NCBI GenBank assembly: GCA_051294375.1 | Contig: CM119267.1 | Coordinates: forward strand, 1,879,368-1,943,367 | Reading direction: 5' to 3' | Length of the DNA stretch: 64,000 nt | DNA from: Paraspadella gotoi | Lineage: Eukaryota > Animalia > Chaetognatha | Part shown: positions 1 through 14,874 of the stretch, piece by piece | Numbering within the stretch: the stretch's first letter is position 1 | Layout of the letters: each line of letters opens with the position of its first letter | Position numbers and translations under genes: made by a program | Notes under the pieces: model-generated | The model's input: only the letters and a program-made list of their open reading frames with translations | Told to the model about the DNA's origin: nothing | Database searches by the model: none

Positions 1-1039
1 CGAAGTAGCGCATAAATCTCCAATTGAGCGATTTCAGAGAGCGCGACATCTACAGGGCTCGAGCTCGAGAGCCTTTGTATGGTGCTCTCGACTGAGAGAA
101 GAGAGAGAGACAACGAGCCATAAGGTATGTAGCTTCAGCAGATATGAGAGTGAGGAGTACGCGACGAGAGAATGGATGTTAGAAGAGCAGAGGAGAGTGT
201 AGTACGTATAGAAGGAACCGAGAGAGAAGCAGAGATACTAAGAGAGATTCTCTTGTCTATAGTATTTGAATGTCTGGAGCCGAGGGAGTCGTTAACACAC
301 GATCTTTAATATACCCAATCGAATTAGAACTACAGCGGTGTGTACAAGAAATAAAAGGCTAGGATCAACGGTATATAAAACTGAGTCGATAGTATGTTCG
401 TACAGATACATCTATTAGCATCAATCATGCTTTAGAATTATGTTTTTTGAGTTATTGTCGTATATATTGACACGTCTGTCTGAGACTATAATATCAATTA
501 ATATGTAATGAAAATATACAAATGCCAAAAAGAATTTATGAACGAGAAAACACCTAATATGCTATGTATATTTATTATCAAATGTATCCCAGATCAAATA
601 GACACAAGAGAGAAGATTTTTTTGAACTCTCCAATCTTTCTTACACGAATCGATTATGTGCCAATTAGAACTTGTTAACCGTGGACGTCACCAGGACTTC
701 AATTTTAATTTCAAGTTTACGAGACACGCGCGCGCCGACCATGGCTTCCATCTCTCGGCCTCTATGGACTCAGTACGCCCGACGCTCTCTCATCAAACGA
801 CTTGCGAAAACTCGTATAAGAGAGAGTAGTCCGTAATATATCTTGTATGAGCAGTAAGAAAATATTTGGAATGAGAAATCGTGTCACAAAAAAACAATCG
901 ATAAACTCTCGTCGTCCTGTCGCTAGTTCTGTCCTGTCGCTCGAGAAATCGCTTCCTTAAGCTAAACACGAAGAGAGCGCGAACAGAGTCTGTACTGCAT
1001 AGTTAATTGATATTTTTACTAAATCTGTCAAACTCGAGC

Positions 1040-4000
1040 AGCTTTGTCCACTTTTTTTTGTTCTTTCCCTTTAAAAATGTTTTCTAACGACTTAGAAGAT
1101 GTAGTAAAGAGAAAGAATTATTTTGAGAGTCAATCAGTCTTTAACTCTTTTAAAGAAAAAAAAACATTGCTTCATGATTAATAATAATTGCATTGTAATA
1201 TACATGAGGAAATATTATCTCTCCACCCAACCTCTTATCTTCCTTCTCTCCTTAGTACCTGTACACCGATACAATGCTCTTGCGTGTTTCGGGAAATGAG
1301 AAAGTGTCAAACAAACCAGACGTCGCCGTCGTAATCTTTCGTTCTGCCTCTTGTTTTTTCATCTGTTCTTTTTTTTTTCATCCCTCTTATTTCCCGCTCT
1401 GTTATCAATGGAAATTTTACGCTGTTTCTTGATAGCGCGTTCAAATTTGTTTAATTATATAAAACCGTCCACTGTAAAAATATTGATAGTATCTGTTCTG
1501 TTAGCTAGTAACGTATTCGAGTCTCGGCTATTAGAACAGAAAATTTCTATCAATTTATCCTACAAATATACGGGAACTAATCAGAGATCAAAAAATTTGT
1601 CACACAAGTAGATTATAATTCTTGTTAATTGTTAATTATCATGTTGTGACGAAGTTAGTTCAAAGAAATTAATTCAACAGAGATTACTAGGGTGCACTTA
1701 AGGACAGTCCTATTTCAGAAATTCCCGATGGAGGTCGCTAAGCATTTTAAAAATTGTGCAAAGTAAATGATAATGCTCTTTTCGAGTGAAATGATGACGG
1801 TCTAAAGAGATGAGCGCGATTTTCGCGCGTGCACACAAACATAGTAAATGCCCTTCCACGGACTACGGTATCATAAGTGCCACACAGATAAAGGGTGTTT
1901 CATGTTTCGCTTATAAAAGATCCACAGAGTAGAAGGTACAAATCTAAAATGGTAAAAGAGAGAAGATTTGTCCACCCACGAATCGTATCAAGATGAATGC
2001 GAGAGAGCGGGGGGTCAGCAAGAAGGTGAGAAGAGGATCAGTTTGCACACGGAAAAATGGAATAGACTTTAGGCAGATATTTCCAGTTTGATATTAAGAG
2101 TAATAATAACGCTGAGAACGTGACCGTGCAGGAGACGGAAAGTAAGTATTTGCACAATATTATAAAGTATTTGCTGCATTCTATAAATCGGAACGAGCAG
2201 AATTCTTCAAAGGTAGGACGCAAAACAGCCTTTGTTTTACTCGTGAATAAATTGATTAGTTCCTCCCATGTCTATTATTCTTCTCTCACTCGTTTCCGGT
2301 GGTCCAAAAGACGGCATATCCATTTTCAGCTTTCTATGTCTGGCAAAAAGATCCACTGCAAAAATCATGCAAAAACTTAAATCACTAAAAACTCAATAAA
2401 ATACTTGATTTACTCACAAGTATTAGGTCACAAGGAGTTCTATTGATCGTAGCTCACCCTACACTAGTAGCTGCCTACAAAATCTCTGATTTTTATGACC
2501 TCCCAAGTGGAGATCTACTTCCGCTGATCTAAAAAACCGATAAACGAAAAAAAAAAAAGAATTTCGTGTTTTTAGATAATGTTTTTTTCTTCAAAAAAAG
2601 TGATGTCGGGTTTAGATTCTTGCCACACTACAAGCGGCTAAGTTAAGGTTACTAAGGAACAAAATTTTCTCATATATTCCTTTCGGTCCTTTTACACCGA
2701 GTTGATGCCAATACATTGTAAAATATCTTACGCTTTTTTTCTTTCTTTCCTTCCTTCCTCTCGTGCTTCCTTCTCTTCCCTCCTCTTCCTTCCTTCTTCC
2801 TTCGCTTCCTTCCCCTCTCCTTCCTTTCCTAAGAAATCCTTCTACCTGGTTTCCCTTCCTTCCCTTTTCATCCTTCCTTCCAACCTTTATTTTTAAGCTA
2901 TTTACGCTTCCTGGGGCATTCTGCTTTCTCTCTGAAACTCGAAATTCTCACCTCTTCTCTTCCCCTTCTCTCGCCTCATCACGGCTCTCTCTGGGTCACC
3001 TCACTCTCCTTCGCGTCGGCCGATATGTCCTTATCTATGTATTTCTTCCTCAATTCGTCCTTTCACAATGACAATGCGCATTCTCCCAATAAGTGCGGCA
3101 TCCGCCCTTTTCCCCTGCCTTTGCACCATCTCTAACATTCGTCCCTCCTCTCTTCTCTCTTCGCGCATTAATGCTTTACTTTATGATTTCCTCTCTTCAT
3201 TCTCTTCAACTGCACCCGTCCTTTCCACTCTATCACTCGCATTCTTTCCTTTTTACATCCTTGTCCTTCCTCGCTGCGTCCCTTTCGCCGCTCTTCCTTT
3301 CCTTTTTCCCCCCCCTTTTGGGTCGCTCTTTTCTTCAACCTCCCATTTTTCTTTGCATCTTCTCCGTTTTCCCAATCAGCCTCTCTTCTTCTCTCATCAC
3401 TTCTGCCGCGTCTCCTTGTTCTTTCTCGTCGCCGCGGATCCCTCTTTTCGTGGTCTTCTTCCAGTCGCCGCTGGGCCAGTGGTTCCGCCCGAGTTGAGAG
3501 GGAATGTGAGAGACAGAAAGAGCGAGAGAGAGAAGAGAAGAGAGAGAGAGAGAGAGAGAGAGAAGGGAGAGAGAGAGAGAGAGAGGACAGAAAAGTATGA
3601 GCAGAGACAGAGAGAGGTGAGAGAGAGAGACCGGTAGAGAGAGGGGTACGCACTATTACTAAATTCATTCGCTAACTTAAATGCAACTGTTTCTTGTTAG
3701 CTTTCAATCACTAGACAGCGAATTAATTTCTCTAACCAGCAACACTTTTCTTTTCCTTTTCCCTCATATCCAACATCATCACATTCAATCATTCAACTCT
3801 TACTCAATCAAATCAATCATTCTCATTAATTACAATCATATCAGATACACGCAGCGCTATCAATGTATATTGTCTCTAAAGATCGCTGCTTGAGAGATCA
3901 TTTTTTTTGATCAGAGAGGAGAGAGAGAGAGATAAGAGAGAAAGAGAGAGAGAGGGAATCGAAGGGGAGACGGCGCAGAGAAATACTTGTGCGGGGTTCA

Positions 4001-5950
4001 AATGCGTTTTTTTTTCGCTTTGTTCCTTTGTTTCTTTTCTACCTCACCTCCACGTTTTCTTGCCTTGTTTCTCTTTTGTTTTTTCTCTCGTCATTATTTT
4101 CCTTTTTTTTTGCCTGTTATTTTAAAATGAATTTTTGCGTATCGAAATTCGCGCGTCGAGAGAAAAAGAAATTTGAGATGGAGAGAATGGAATCCGCCTG
4201 CGTCGGCGCCTTTCGACGAAAGTGTGCGATTTGGGTCCGATGAAGGCAGAATTCTTGTTCTGATGCTGATTTGGTCCATCGGAATACGTCCCGCGCCTCC
4301 TCTCGACGCTCGACGCCGATTGGTCCGGATGCAGGGATTCCTTTCTTCCCCCCCATAAAAATAAGGAATGCGAGGGGAATCTAATACAAAACAAGATGAT
4401 CGGAGAAAGGTAAAACAGCACAACTATAGAAATGATATTCTAAGAAACTTGGAAAAGGGAGAAATGCTGAAAAAAAGGGGTGACTTTAAGAAAGGCGGTC
4501 TGGGGGGTTGAGAAAGTTTGGGGTCTGGAAGAAGACAAGAATGCTAAAGGGGATGGGATCTTGAGATTCGTCGGGTCCTGGATCATCTCGAAATTCTTCT
4601 CGCGGGCGTCGGACCAGATTTTTTTGGGTTATAAAAAACAGCAGCAAAAAAAATCTGAAAATTAATTATTTTTATATTCGGAAATATCTCTAAGTTATAA
4701 TGTGTTTACTTCGTTAAGAACAAATTGTTGTAAATTTCCAAGCTAACGTAAAATATCGGCATACACAAAATCTAATTCATAAATTGAAATAATATACAAT
4801 AAACAGAGAGAGAGCGCTTACTTTCTTAACGAGGAACAACATGTTTATCTGTATTTGAAAAAGATGTTTACGGTTGATTTGAGAATGTTATTCAATGTAT
4901 AATTAAGGGCGTAGGTGAAAGAGTTACATACGAAAATTCTAGTAAAGAGTCAATTATGAACAACTGATACACTATCAGCTGGAAACAGGTATATTTGTAA
5001 AAAAAAATTAATTTTATGTTTTTAATTTCGCAGTAGCTATATTTTATATAGTACTATCTATATAAAATCGAACAAAGTATTTTAAATAGGCTTTTCTTAA
5101 TTTTGATTGCAAAGATTTAGACATTCCTCGTGCAAAAGTTGGTAAGAGGAGAAAAATATAAATCTTTTTTTGTTTATTCATGAAGTGGGAGGGTTAAAAA
5201 TTAAAAACTATATTTAGATATATAAAAAGTTAATTTTCAGTCTTAATAATAGCTTTTTTCCCTAATATTTTGACACCACTAATGAGGAATTTTTCAAGAA
5301 GTATATTTCTGTTTCATCAACTTTTTATGACGAATCCAAATCTGCAAAGAGATATCTTTAAAAAAAACTGTTTTGATTTTTTAACATTTATTGGTTTTAG
5401 TACTAGGAGGTTAATAAATATGCCTACACTGACAGTAAATGTGAAAAAAATTATTATAAAAAAAGTATTTATTACAACCATAAATGTTCAATTAAGTAAT
5501 AGAACATATGGTGTTGCATCGGTCCTGCACATTTTAAAGAAGTTTTAATTAAAGGTTAAATTTAGAATTTGTACTCCACGAGACACTTAATCGATATACT
5601 ATTCTCACTTTCCTAATTATAAAAGAGAACATATAACTCAAATGTGGAATCGAATGGTATATCTCTTCGACTGTTATAATGGAAATCACAGTCTAGTGAA
5701 TATTTCTAACCTCTCACTTCCACGTCTCTGATCCATTCTTGTATTGTATAAAATATTGTCAGTTAGTATTTTTTTAGGATTTATTTCTGTTCTAATGGTC
5801 AGTTGCCAGCGCTCTCTCTCTCTCTCTCTCACTCTTTCTCTTTTCTTTCTCTCTTTAATTGTTCTTGTTTTTCTTCCTTCGCTCATTCATAAAAATGTCA
5901 ACTTGTTCATCATTTTTTTTCTTTTCGTTTAACATCGATCCACGTGAAAA
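1040..5950 (+). repeat. ~5-kb segment duplicated (noisily) at ~13510-18420
   Basis: Collinear anchors: 'tttgtccacttttttttgttctttccctttaaa' (~1043) vs ~13511; 'aaaaaaaacattgc...taataat...gcattgtaatatacatgag' (1157 vs 13607); 'aaaaaccgataaac...aaaaaagtga...gtcggtttagattcttgc' (2530-2625 vs 14628-14720); 'ctgggccagt' (3471 vs 14915); 'ctgaaaa(a)ttaattatttttatattcggaaa' (4655 vs 16648). Many indels between copies. Confidence 0.75.
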
Positions 5951-8900
5951 ATTTCCGAAGCGCCAGAGAGTAATTCGAATTAAATATCACCAATAAACAA
6001 AATCATCCCGCTTTTATCTCATAAGACAAAAATATTCACGAACCGATATATTCTTCTTTCTCTCTAACATGCCTACCCCGCGTTCCCTGCCTCCCGTCTT
6101 GTCTTCGCTGCTCTCTCTTCTTGTTACTTCTCTCCTCTTCTCCTGGCCTCAATGCCTTTGTATGTGGACAATAAGAACAGATTTACGCCAAACAGCTGGG
6201 AGACTTTGTACAAAAAACATCATGTTTTTCTCACTAGACAAATATCGCCATTATCGTGGGCGTGAGGAGGACCGGGATTAAAGTAGTCTAGTGCACTACC
6301 AAAACTCTGATTCTTCAAAAGCTCTTCGATTTTAGAATTTGATTTCTTCTGATGAGGTATTTGAAAAGGTGAATTGCAAAGTTCACATCATTTCCTCTAT
6401 TTTCTCTTAAAATCACGACTTTTTACGCTCGTTTTATACACTGCTATTACTCTCACTCCCTACTTTTTTTTGTGTTAAAATCATCAATTATAATACTATT
6501 GCTATTCTTCCGTTTTTTTCAACTTTCTCAACAAGACTTCGTTTCTCTGGTTCCTGACGTTTTTGTCGTTCGTTCGTCGTCGTCTGTTCATTTCTTTTCT
6601 ATTGACATTCTTTACTTTCTTATTATTGTCGCCTCTGTCTCTTTTCATCTTTCCTGTTCTGAGTTCTGGCGTATAGTCGCTACATCCGCACTTCCTCTTA
6701 TCCCTAGCGATTACGATCAGGAGATCGCCGTTCCACGGCTAATTTTCGAGAATTACACGTCTAAATAGACGGCAACGCACATCCGATTTCCTCCTCCCGC
6801 ATTTGGCCAGATCTCTTTCCTGCCATGACTTCCCTCTACCTCTACCTCTCGCTCCCGACTCAGAGAATTGCTACCTACCCATCTCGAACATAGACGACCT
6901 TAATTCCCCCTCCTCCTCCCTCACAGCACTCGGATCTTCGACTCTCCTCCCTCTCCGCTTCGCAGGAGGCGGGGAAGTCATAGAAGATTATCTCCTTCGT
7001 CCTTCGCGCGATTCCAAGCATTGTCCTCCCTGCCTCCCTACTCCTCTCTTCATCTCTCCTAGCTCAACTACACGCTCCTTGATCCTTACCTCTCCACCTC
7101 GTCGGCCTCCCTGTGTCCCCCATCTACCCCTTTCCCCCTCTCTTCACGTTCCTCCTTCTCGGTTCAAGTTTTGCTCTCCATACCTCGTCGGTGGTCGATC
7201 ATGGTGATGCGTCCAACATAAATCTGACGTAGTCGTCATTTAAAGTCCGTGTTCAGATATGACGGAGTCTATTTTCCTCGTACGGAGCCCGACACACATA
7301 ACTTACTATTCGGCACTAATTTGCGACAAATGAGCCTTTCTACGATATAATTACTATCAGAAGATCATCCTCTCTCCTTCAACCATCACACACATCGGCA
7401 ATCGCGTCTCTCCTACGGAAGGTAAAAAGAGAGAGATAAATCTTTGATTAATCTTTTCTTGCTCATTTGAATTATCATCTAGTATGTATCTTCGTCCTCG
7501 ATTTCCGACTTTTAATCCGACTGTATCGTCTTCTATCAATTACTAATCCCACAGTATCTCTTCTATCTCCCCCCCTCCTCGACGATCAATCCTTGGGGTA
7601 TATCGTTTTTTTCGTACTTTTCTTTCATTCTGTCGTCTTTTCATCTCCAATATCGGAATCGAGTTCGCGTTCCCTTTTATTTTTATTCTCGAAAGTGAAC
7701 GCGATTCTTCGTCGCTAGATGGGGATTTGCGATCTTGGCGCTCAAACTCAGCGAATGGGAGCGACCATTGTGTGATGTGACAGTGATGTCGACGATCGAC
7801 GACGACGACAGACGCGCGAGACGATTTTTGGAAGTGAACGAATGCTGTATTTTATTTTCGGCAGTGAATAGATTACAGTTACGAGCGTAAAGTCTTTTAA
7901 AAATAGATAATATTCAACTTTCTTCACCTTTAATCCTCATCAAAAATCACGAATTCTAAAAAATCGAAGCTTTTAAGATCAGATTTTGCCTTACTACTTT
8001 AATTCGGTCCCTCACGCCCGATAAAATTAAAACATTTATCCCGCTTGTAAATCTTTTTTTTTTTGTAAAATTTCTCGTATTAATAGATTTTGAGTATAAT
8101 TTTTTTTTTTCAATTATATTTTTTAAGTCTCTGTCTGGTTTTTTTTTTTTCGTTATAGACAAGGGCGACGGTCATATAAAATTCTGTAATATTTTGAAAA
8201 TTTATTTCTTTTTTTTTAATCTTCTATGAGCGCCGATAAGTAGCGGATAGGAGGAAAGGCAGGATTTAGTACGGATTATGTGAATCTCAGAGGGGACATG
8301 ACAACGACTAGTACGCATTGTTGCTTTTTTTCTTAACGTCGAGATCGTGAACCACACTCTCATCCAGATGAAAGAAACAAAACAAAAACGACAGTACCTA
8401 GAATAGATCTCCGGCGATCGTATGCCTAGCATCGCTGGCTGCCTTCCACATCCGCGACCCTCTCCGCCATTTTACTTTTCCGAACTGATACATTACGTCT
8501 GGTTATTATAGCTTTTACCTAAATCCCCTTTTCCCTTCCCCTTCTTCTCCCGCTTCACTCGAATCATACCCATTTCCGTCCGCCTTCCCTTAAGGTTCGA
8601 TGCAGACGAGTCTGGTACTCAATATTCATCTCTCTTCATCTTCCTCGGCTCTGCGGCTCGGTTTTTTCTTTCATACGCACATCCCCGTCTCATTCTCCTC
8701 TCATCTCTCAGGGTGCTCTTCACATCCAACACGGCACACATCAATTCTTCCCCTGCTCTCTCTGCCCTCTTCCTCTCTCTCTCTCTGGGCTCTTCCTCTC
8801 ATCTGCGGCGGCATGCGTAAATATTTGACCCCCTCCCGCACAATATTTCTCCCCGTGCTCACTCTCCCGCCTAACTATCCCACCTTTATCAAATCACTTC

Positions 8901-11900
8901 CCTCTTCTCTCTCTTTCTCTCTTATCTACCTCCTCCTCTCTCTCTATCCCTCTCTCTCTCTTCTTCTCCTCTTCTTCTCCTCTCCAGAGCTAAAATAAGT
9001 TTCCCTTAGGAGAGGGAAGTTTGCGTGGTCGACGACCCGAAACGAAGGAACTCTGCGACTGTCGGCCATTCTGGTAAGAACTACTGCAGGCAGGAGATGA
9101 TTTCAGGTGGAAAGACACAAGGAAGACCGCGAAGTTTGAGAGTATGCCCTCTGCTCTGGAAACGGAGAGAGATTGCAAAAAAGGGGCGTGAAAAAGAAAA
9201 AAGGATCCCTAAAAAGGCTCGGGGGGGAGGAAAAGAAGCGCCAAGACACGGGTGAGAATTAATATCACAGGACAAGGATTATTTTTCGAGTGAGAAAGGG
9301 ATCGTCGTCGACCAATCAGATCAGGTCTAAACAAAACCAATCCGTCCACCAATCTTCACTCAAATATCATGTATAACGAGGAAATCTGCATCGAACTCGA
9401 CTCCCGTCTACTGTCTCTCCTGTCCTAGTCCCTTTGCGTGTCTTGTCCGTCTCTTGATCTTACGATTCGGCATAAGGACGGCGGACCGGTCCCGTCCTCA
9501 ACCTTAGCAAAATGTGTAAAATGATTCACCGAGGTAATTACTCGGTGTGGAAATTTGATGGATAAGATAGGAGAATTTGAATGTATAGTTGTGGAATTGA
9601 AATTTTGTGTGGGGTAGGGAAGTGTGTGCAATTTAGAAGCTCACTGTGGATATAATTGTGAAACAGTTTAAAATAGTGGGGGAACAGAAACGAGAAAAAG
9701 AAAAATATAGGAGACTAGAATTTACTAAGATGTCAAATTTAGAACACCACAGGCAGTGAAAGGGGGATTAACTCTGCCCATACGACTGTGGTGATTGGGT
9801 GGGCGGATCCGAACTTGAAATGTATTTGGTCGGTAGAACAGAACCAGTGTGTGATTAATCTGGAAGCAGAGAAAATACTCAAGTTTACGTATTTGGGTCA
9901 TATTGTGTCTTTGACACAGGACACTGAATGAAGTACATAGAAAGAACATATCGCGCGCGCGGCGATCCTGGCCGCGAGGTGACCAGACTCGAGCTCAGAC
10001 AGTGTGGTAGAAGAGGACAAAAAAAGGATTAGTTGGGGATAAGCATATGCTACCCAGAACTAATTGAGTTCAGACAATGGGTTGAAAGGAAAAATTAGGA
10101 AAGAAAGGAAAGAACAAAGGAAGAAGCGAAAGGAACCAAAGACCCAGGAACAAGCAGTAAGGAAGGAAGGATAGGCACAGCGAAGAAGGATAGGAAGAAG
10201 GCAAGGTAAATAGTGTAAGGAAGGGCAAGGTAAGGAATGGAAAGATACTAAGCGGCGAAAAAAAGCGTTAAGATATAATTTTCAGATTGCATAAACTCGC
10301 GAAAGAGACCTCGAGATGAATTATTATAGGAAGTAGAAATTTTGATTCGTCTGTTCTTTGGGGCAATTAGAGTTTTTTGACCGCTAGTAGAAGGGATCAC
10401 GGATTTATTCATCGACAATGTAGGTATTTGCCATAATGTCACACGATATGGCAAGCGGTATTTTGCCCGAAAACGTGGCAAATAATTAAATATTAATCAG
10501 AAATAATGAGGATATTCTGCCCGAAAAAAAGAATAACATATAATATTCAAAACTCACTCGCTTACATTTAATTAATTTATGATCCCGTACTCGTTTACAA
10601 AAAATATGTAGTTGTGCAGCTCCTTTCGTGCAACGACTTCTTCACGACCTGTCTTTGTGACGTACATGCTATTCTCTCTGGATTGACACGATTCGTCTCT
10701 CGTTTTATTTTTCCCCGTTTAACTGGACAAAAATAAACCTTTTACATGATGCCAGTGAAAAAAGACTTTAGTACGTGCTGCGCTTCCGCTGATCACTACG
10801 AAAGAATAATTTTAAGGAACAACCTCGGAATGAGATTAATCCCCCGTTTTAAATAATTCGTTTTAATAGTAAACTGTACAAATCCTTTGCAACGTCGTAC
10901 AATTTTGATGCGGTCCGAAGTTTTGAATATTCAAACAGACCTATTACCTAATCGTTTTAAACTCACGATGCAGTCAAAATTTAAGACGACTCTCAATTAC
11001 GAAACAGGTAGAGAGTGCCCAATAAAAAGGTGAAAAATAGGATTAAGGTGTCATACGTGGCACGACGAACCGCAGATAAGACGAATCAGACTTACTGATA
11101 TAACGACCGCACAGATAATTCTTAAACTGTATAATCGCTGGAATCAAAAGCTGTACTGGTGCCCGACAACGACAGTGAGAGTTCGTGGGGAGCCAGATCA
11201 CGAGTGGCATTTGTTTGACCTCCAAACTTGTTTGTCTTCTCTGCTCTCTCGAACGTTATCCAATACACATGAAAACCATCTCTCCTTTCCTCCTACTCTC
11301 TCTCTCTCTCTCTCGTGTTCGGTGCTAAAAAAAACAACAACCACGATCTCAGCTTGATCGATAGCCGCATAGCGCGCACACGATCGCACGACCCGCACCG
11401 ACGCACGATCGATCTGGATTCATTTCTTTCCTCCCAAATTCTCGCTCCTCAAATTTTTCTTCTCGATTTTCTCAAGTCGTTTGCGGCCGTACGAACTGGA
11501 GACTGCGCGCGGGCCCGCCACCGCCCCCTCTTCGTATCTGCATCCCGGTCCGCGTCCGGTTGTTGGCAATCTGAGCTGTGAGACTTAGCTGACGACTCTG
11601 CAATGGTCCTAGCGGATAAAATCAACAATATAGCGTCTGCTCCGGTTCTTTAAATTCATTTTCAATATTCACTTCTATTTTTCGTCCAGCGATAAACAAA
11701 AATACTCTTCATCCAAAAAACACCAAAGATGCTTGTAGGAATATTCTTGGTATCACTCGGAACAACCTTTAGTTTATCGTATACATTTCTACCGCAGCTC
11801 AATTCAGTTCTGAATATATTGTTTTTTGCTTAATTTCTTTCTTATCTGCTCTATAATATAACAAAAAAAATTTTTGTAGTCTTAGGTCTGCTCGGTGTTC

Positions 11901-13283
11901 TCCTTTCTGTTTTGTTTTTGAACTGGTTTCGGTATTGTTCATTATACTATTCTTCTATTTTTCCGCTGTCGCGCGGCGGAAAAAGAAAAAGAAAAGAAAA
12001 AGGGAAAAATATGTAAAAGAAGAGCGGAATGTTTTATTGTTCTCACCTTTAACACTGTGAGCTACAGGTGACTCAGACGACTGTGATCCGGAAAGGGCGA
12101 CGAGAATGCACTGGCGGAAAATATCGAACTTCGTCGAGACTCCGCATACCCTCTGATCCGAGTGGTTATCTCTGCTTACAACTTCCTTCAGACGTACGAG
12201 TGTATGATCATAACACAGGAATCAGCTACTGTCATCCACATTAAGAGAAACTCTCACATGCATAATCGAAAACCACTTTCACTTTTCGAGCGAGAGAATT
12301 CAAGTAAATTGAAATTCATGTGATTACATGTGATTCGTTTGAAGAGAGAAGACGAGAGAGCAGCAGATAGAGAGAAGCATGAATCAGAGAATCAAGCGCA
12401 ATCGAAGAAGGAGATCAGTCGCCAGAGAAGAAGGGAGAGAAAGACATAAATTAGAATCGAACGATCAAAGAACTTCGCAACGTGTCAACGAAGGGCACGA
12501 GTAGACGACAGATCGTACAGTGACATGACAGTGAGGAGAGACGAGAGAGAGAGAGACCAAAGACACAGCAGTGACAGAGCGATTTCTTCTCATTCAATAC
12601 GAGGGCAGCGAAGATTATCTTCTTGTGTGCGTCACCGTCAATAAGAAATAGCAATGATGCTAGCATCCTCTTTGCGAAGAGAGAGAGAAAGAGGACTGAG
12701 ATGAGAAGAGGAAGGAAGAGAGAGGAAAGAGGAGAGAGAGAGGAGAGAGAAGAGAGTGAAAGAGAGATAGAGCAGCAGGAGAGAGATCGAGAACGAGGAG
12801 ACGAGAGAGCAGACATGATGAGAACGATCGAGAGTGTTAGACGGATCGAGAGAGTGAGAGCGGGGGGGTGGCCATTGGGATGAGAGAGGAGCGAGAGAGA
12901 ACGAAAGCAGAGACCCATCGAGAGAGAGAATGAGAAGATAGGTGCATAATCTAAGCATATTGGGCTGCGTCTGGACTTTTTCCTTTTTTCTGTTTTATTT
13001 TCTTTTCTTTTCGTCCTTTCCTTTTAAGAGAGCCTTCAAGGTATTTATTTTAATTTCCGCGAAAGATGTTTATTCCCACATTGAACAACTGTGTACATGA
13101 ATAAGGCTAGTCATGTTTTGTGTGTAATGTCGAAACATTTTTCATCATGTTTATTAATATTATTAGCTTGTAAATTTGAATTTCTTTTATTACTTTCATT
13201 TAAAAAAAAAAGCCAAAAAATTATGACGGAAAAAAAAAGAGAAAAAAAGAAAAATAAGAAAAAAAGATTTTTTGACTTTTTTA

Positions 13284-13444
13284 CAGGAATAAGTTTGATT
13301 GTTTGTGACTAAGATTTATTTATTTCAGTTTAGAAACGGACATGTTTCGGCTTTGATCACAAGCCTTCATCAGCGTTGACAGATTTGTCCGTTTCTAAAC
13401 TGAAATAAATAAATCGTTGTCACAAACAATCAAACTTATTCCTG
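13284..13444. repeat. Short hairpin element: 59-bp inverted arms around a hammerhead core (Penelope-like inverted pLTR-type footprint)
   Basis: 13284-13342 (caggaataagtttgattgtttgtgac...gatttatttatttcagtttagaaacggaca) is the reverse complement of 13386-13444 with 2 mismatches; the arm contains AATAAA. Confidence 0.85.
13335..13377 (-). ncRNA. Minimal type I hammerhead ribozyme
   Basis: Minus strand reads aacg-CTGATGA-a-GGCTT-gtgatca-AAGCC-GAAAC-ATGTC-cgtt: intact CUGAUGA and GAAA boxes, 5-bp helix II, palindromic ACATGT helix III, GUC cleavage triplet, 4-bp helix I (aacg/cgtt). Confidence 0.8.
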
Positions 13445-14807
13445 CAAATTCCTAAAGCAACGAAACGAAAGGATTACGCAATAATGACATTTTTACAAAA
13501 ATCGTCATCGTTTGTCACTTTTTTTGTCTTTTCCCTTTAAATGTTTTCTACGACTTAAAAGTTAAGAAAAAATTTATTATTTTCCTCACTTTAATCTCTT
13601 TTAAAGAAAAAAAACATTGCTCATAATTAATAATAATGCATTGTAATATACATGAGAAAATCTTACCCAACCCTACTCTCTTTACTTTACCCAATGCGCT
13701 TTGGAAATGAGAGTTCAAAAACCAAGCGCCAATTTTTTTTCTTTTTTTTTTTCTTTCTTTTTTTTTTTTATTCCCTCTGTTATCATGAATTCGTGTTTCT
13801 TGAACTTTTCATGTTTTATAAAACCAGAAATGAAGTCTGTTTGTACTAGTTTCGATTCTGCATAACGAAAATCTATCATTTTCCCCCAAAAAGGAATAAT
13901 AAAAAAAATTCAAAATGAATTTAATTCTTAATTTTATTCTTTTTGTGAGGTTCAGTCAGTTATATCCAGGACGCTTCAATTCATATTCGCTACAAATGTG
14001 CAAGTAAAGATAATGCTGGAGAAAATATGCGTTAAAAATGCCGTTTTGCGTCAAAGACTAAATGCCCCCAAGGTTCAAAGGCGATGGGTCAGTTCAAAGT
14101 CAAAATAGGTCACAATCTAATTGGAAGAAGTTTCCCCACAGGGGGCAGGAGGTGAGAAAGACAGTTTTCAAACAGACAATAAAAATTTGGAAGATATTTC
14201 CGTTGAAACAAGTTCTGTGAGCCTCAGAGACTAAAATTATTTTCATTTAATATTTGCGCTTTAAAGGAAGACAGAATTAAAAAAAAGAGAGAGGATTTTT
14301 TTTGTTTTCTTCTGCTCACCGTCAGTTTTCTCCTTGTTTTCTTTTTGTTNNNNNNNNNNNNNNNNNNNNNNNNNCTTCAAGTAACTATACAGCCGTTTAT
14401 CGTGAATAAATATATTATTCCTCCATGTCTATTATCTTCTCTGGTTTTCCAAAGACGAGGAATCCGATTTTCAGCTTTCAGTCAAAAATCCACTGCAAAA
14501 TCATTGGAACCTTAAACCTAAACTAATAAAATACTTGATTTACTACAGAGTTAGGAAAGTCTATTGATCTGACTCCAAGAAGTAGTCCACTGTTATACTC
14601 CCAAGTGAGAGTCTACTTCCTCTGATTAAAAAACCGATAAACACAGAAAAAAAAAAGAAATTTTCGGTTTTTAATAATGTTTTTTCTTCAAAAAAAGTGA
14701 GTCGGTTTAGATTCTTGCAACTACCAGCGCAAGATTTACGTTTAACAACTGAATTCTCTTCCTTCAAGAAACATGGTCTTCATCACAATCGCTTTTGAAT
14801 CGAAAAT

Positions 14808-14811
<4 letters not shown>

Positions 14812-14870
<59 letters not shown>
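14812..14870. repeat. (CT)n/(AG)n microsatellite (one of many in 1-33.5 kb)
   Basis: Perfect CT dinucleotide run; similar AG/CT and purine-rich tracts at ~3520-3640, 12690-12930, 20660-21070, 30320-30420, 32200-33290. Confidence 0.95.
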
Positions 14871-14874
<4 letters not shown>

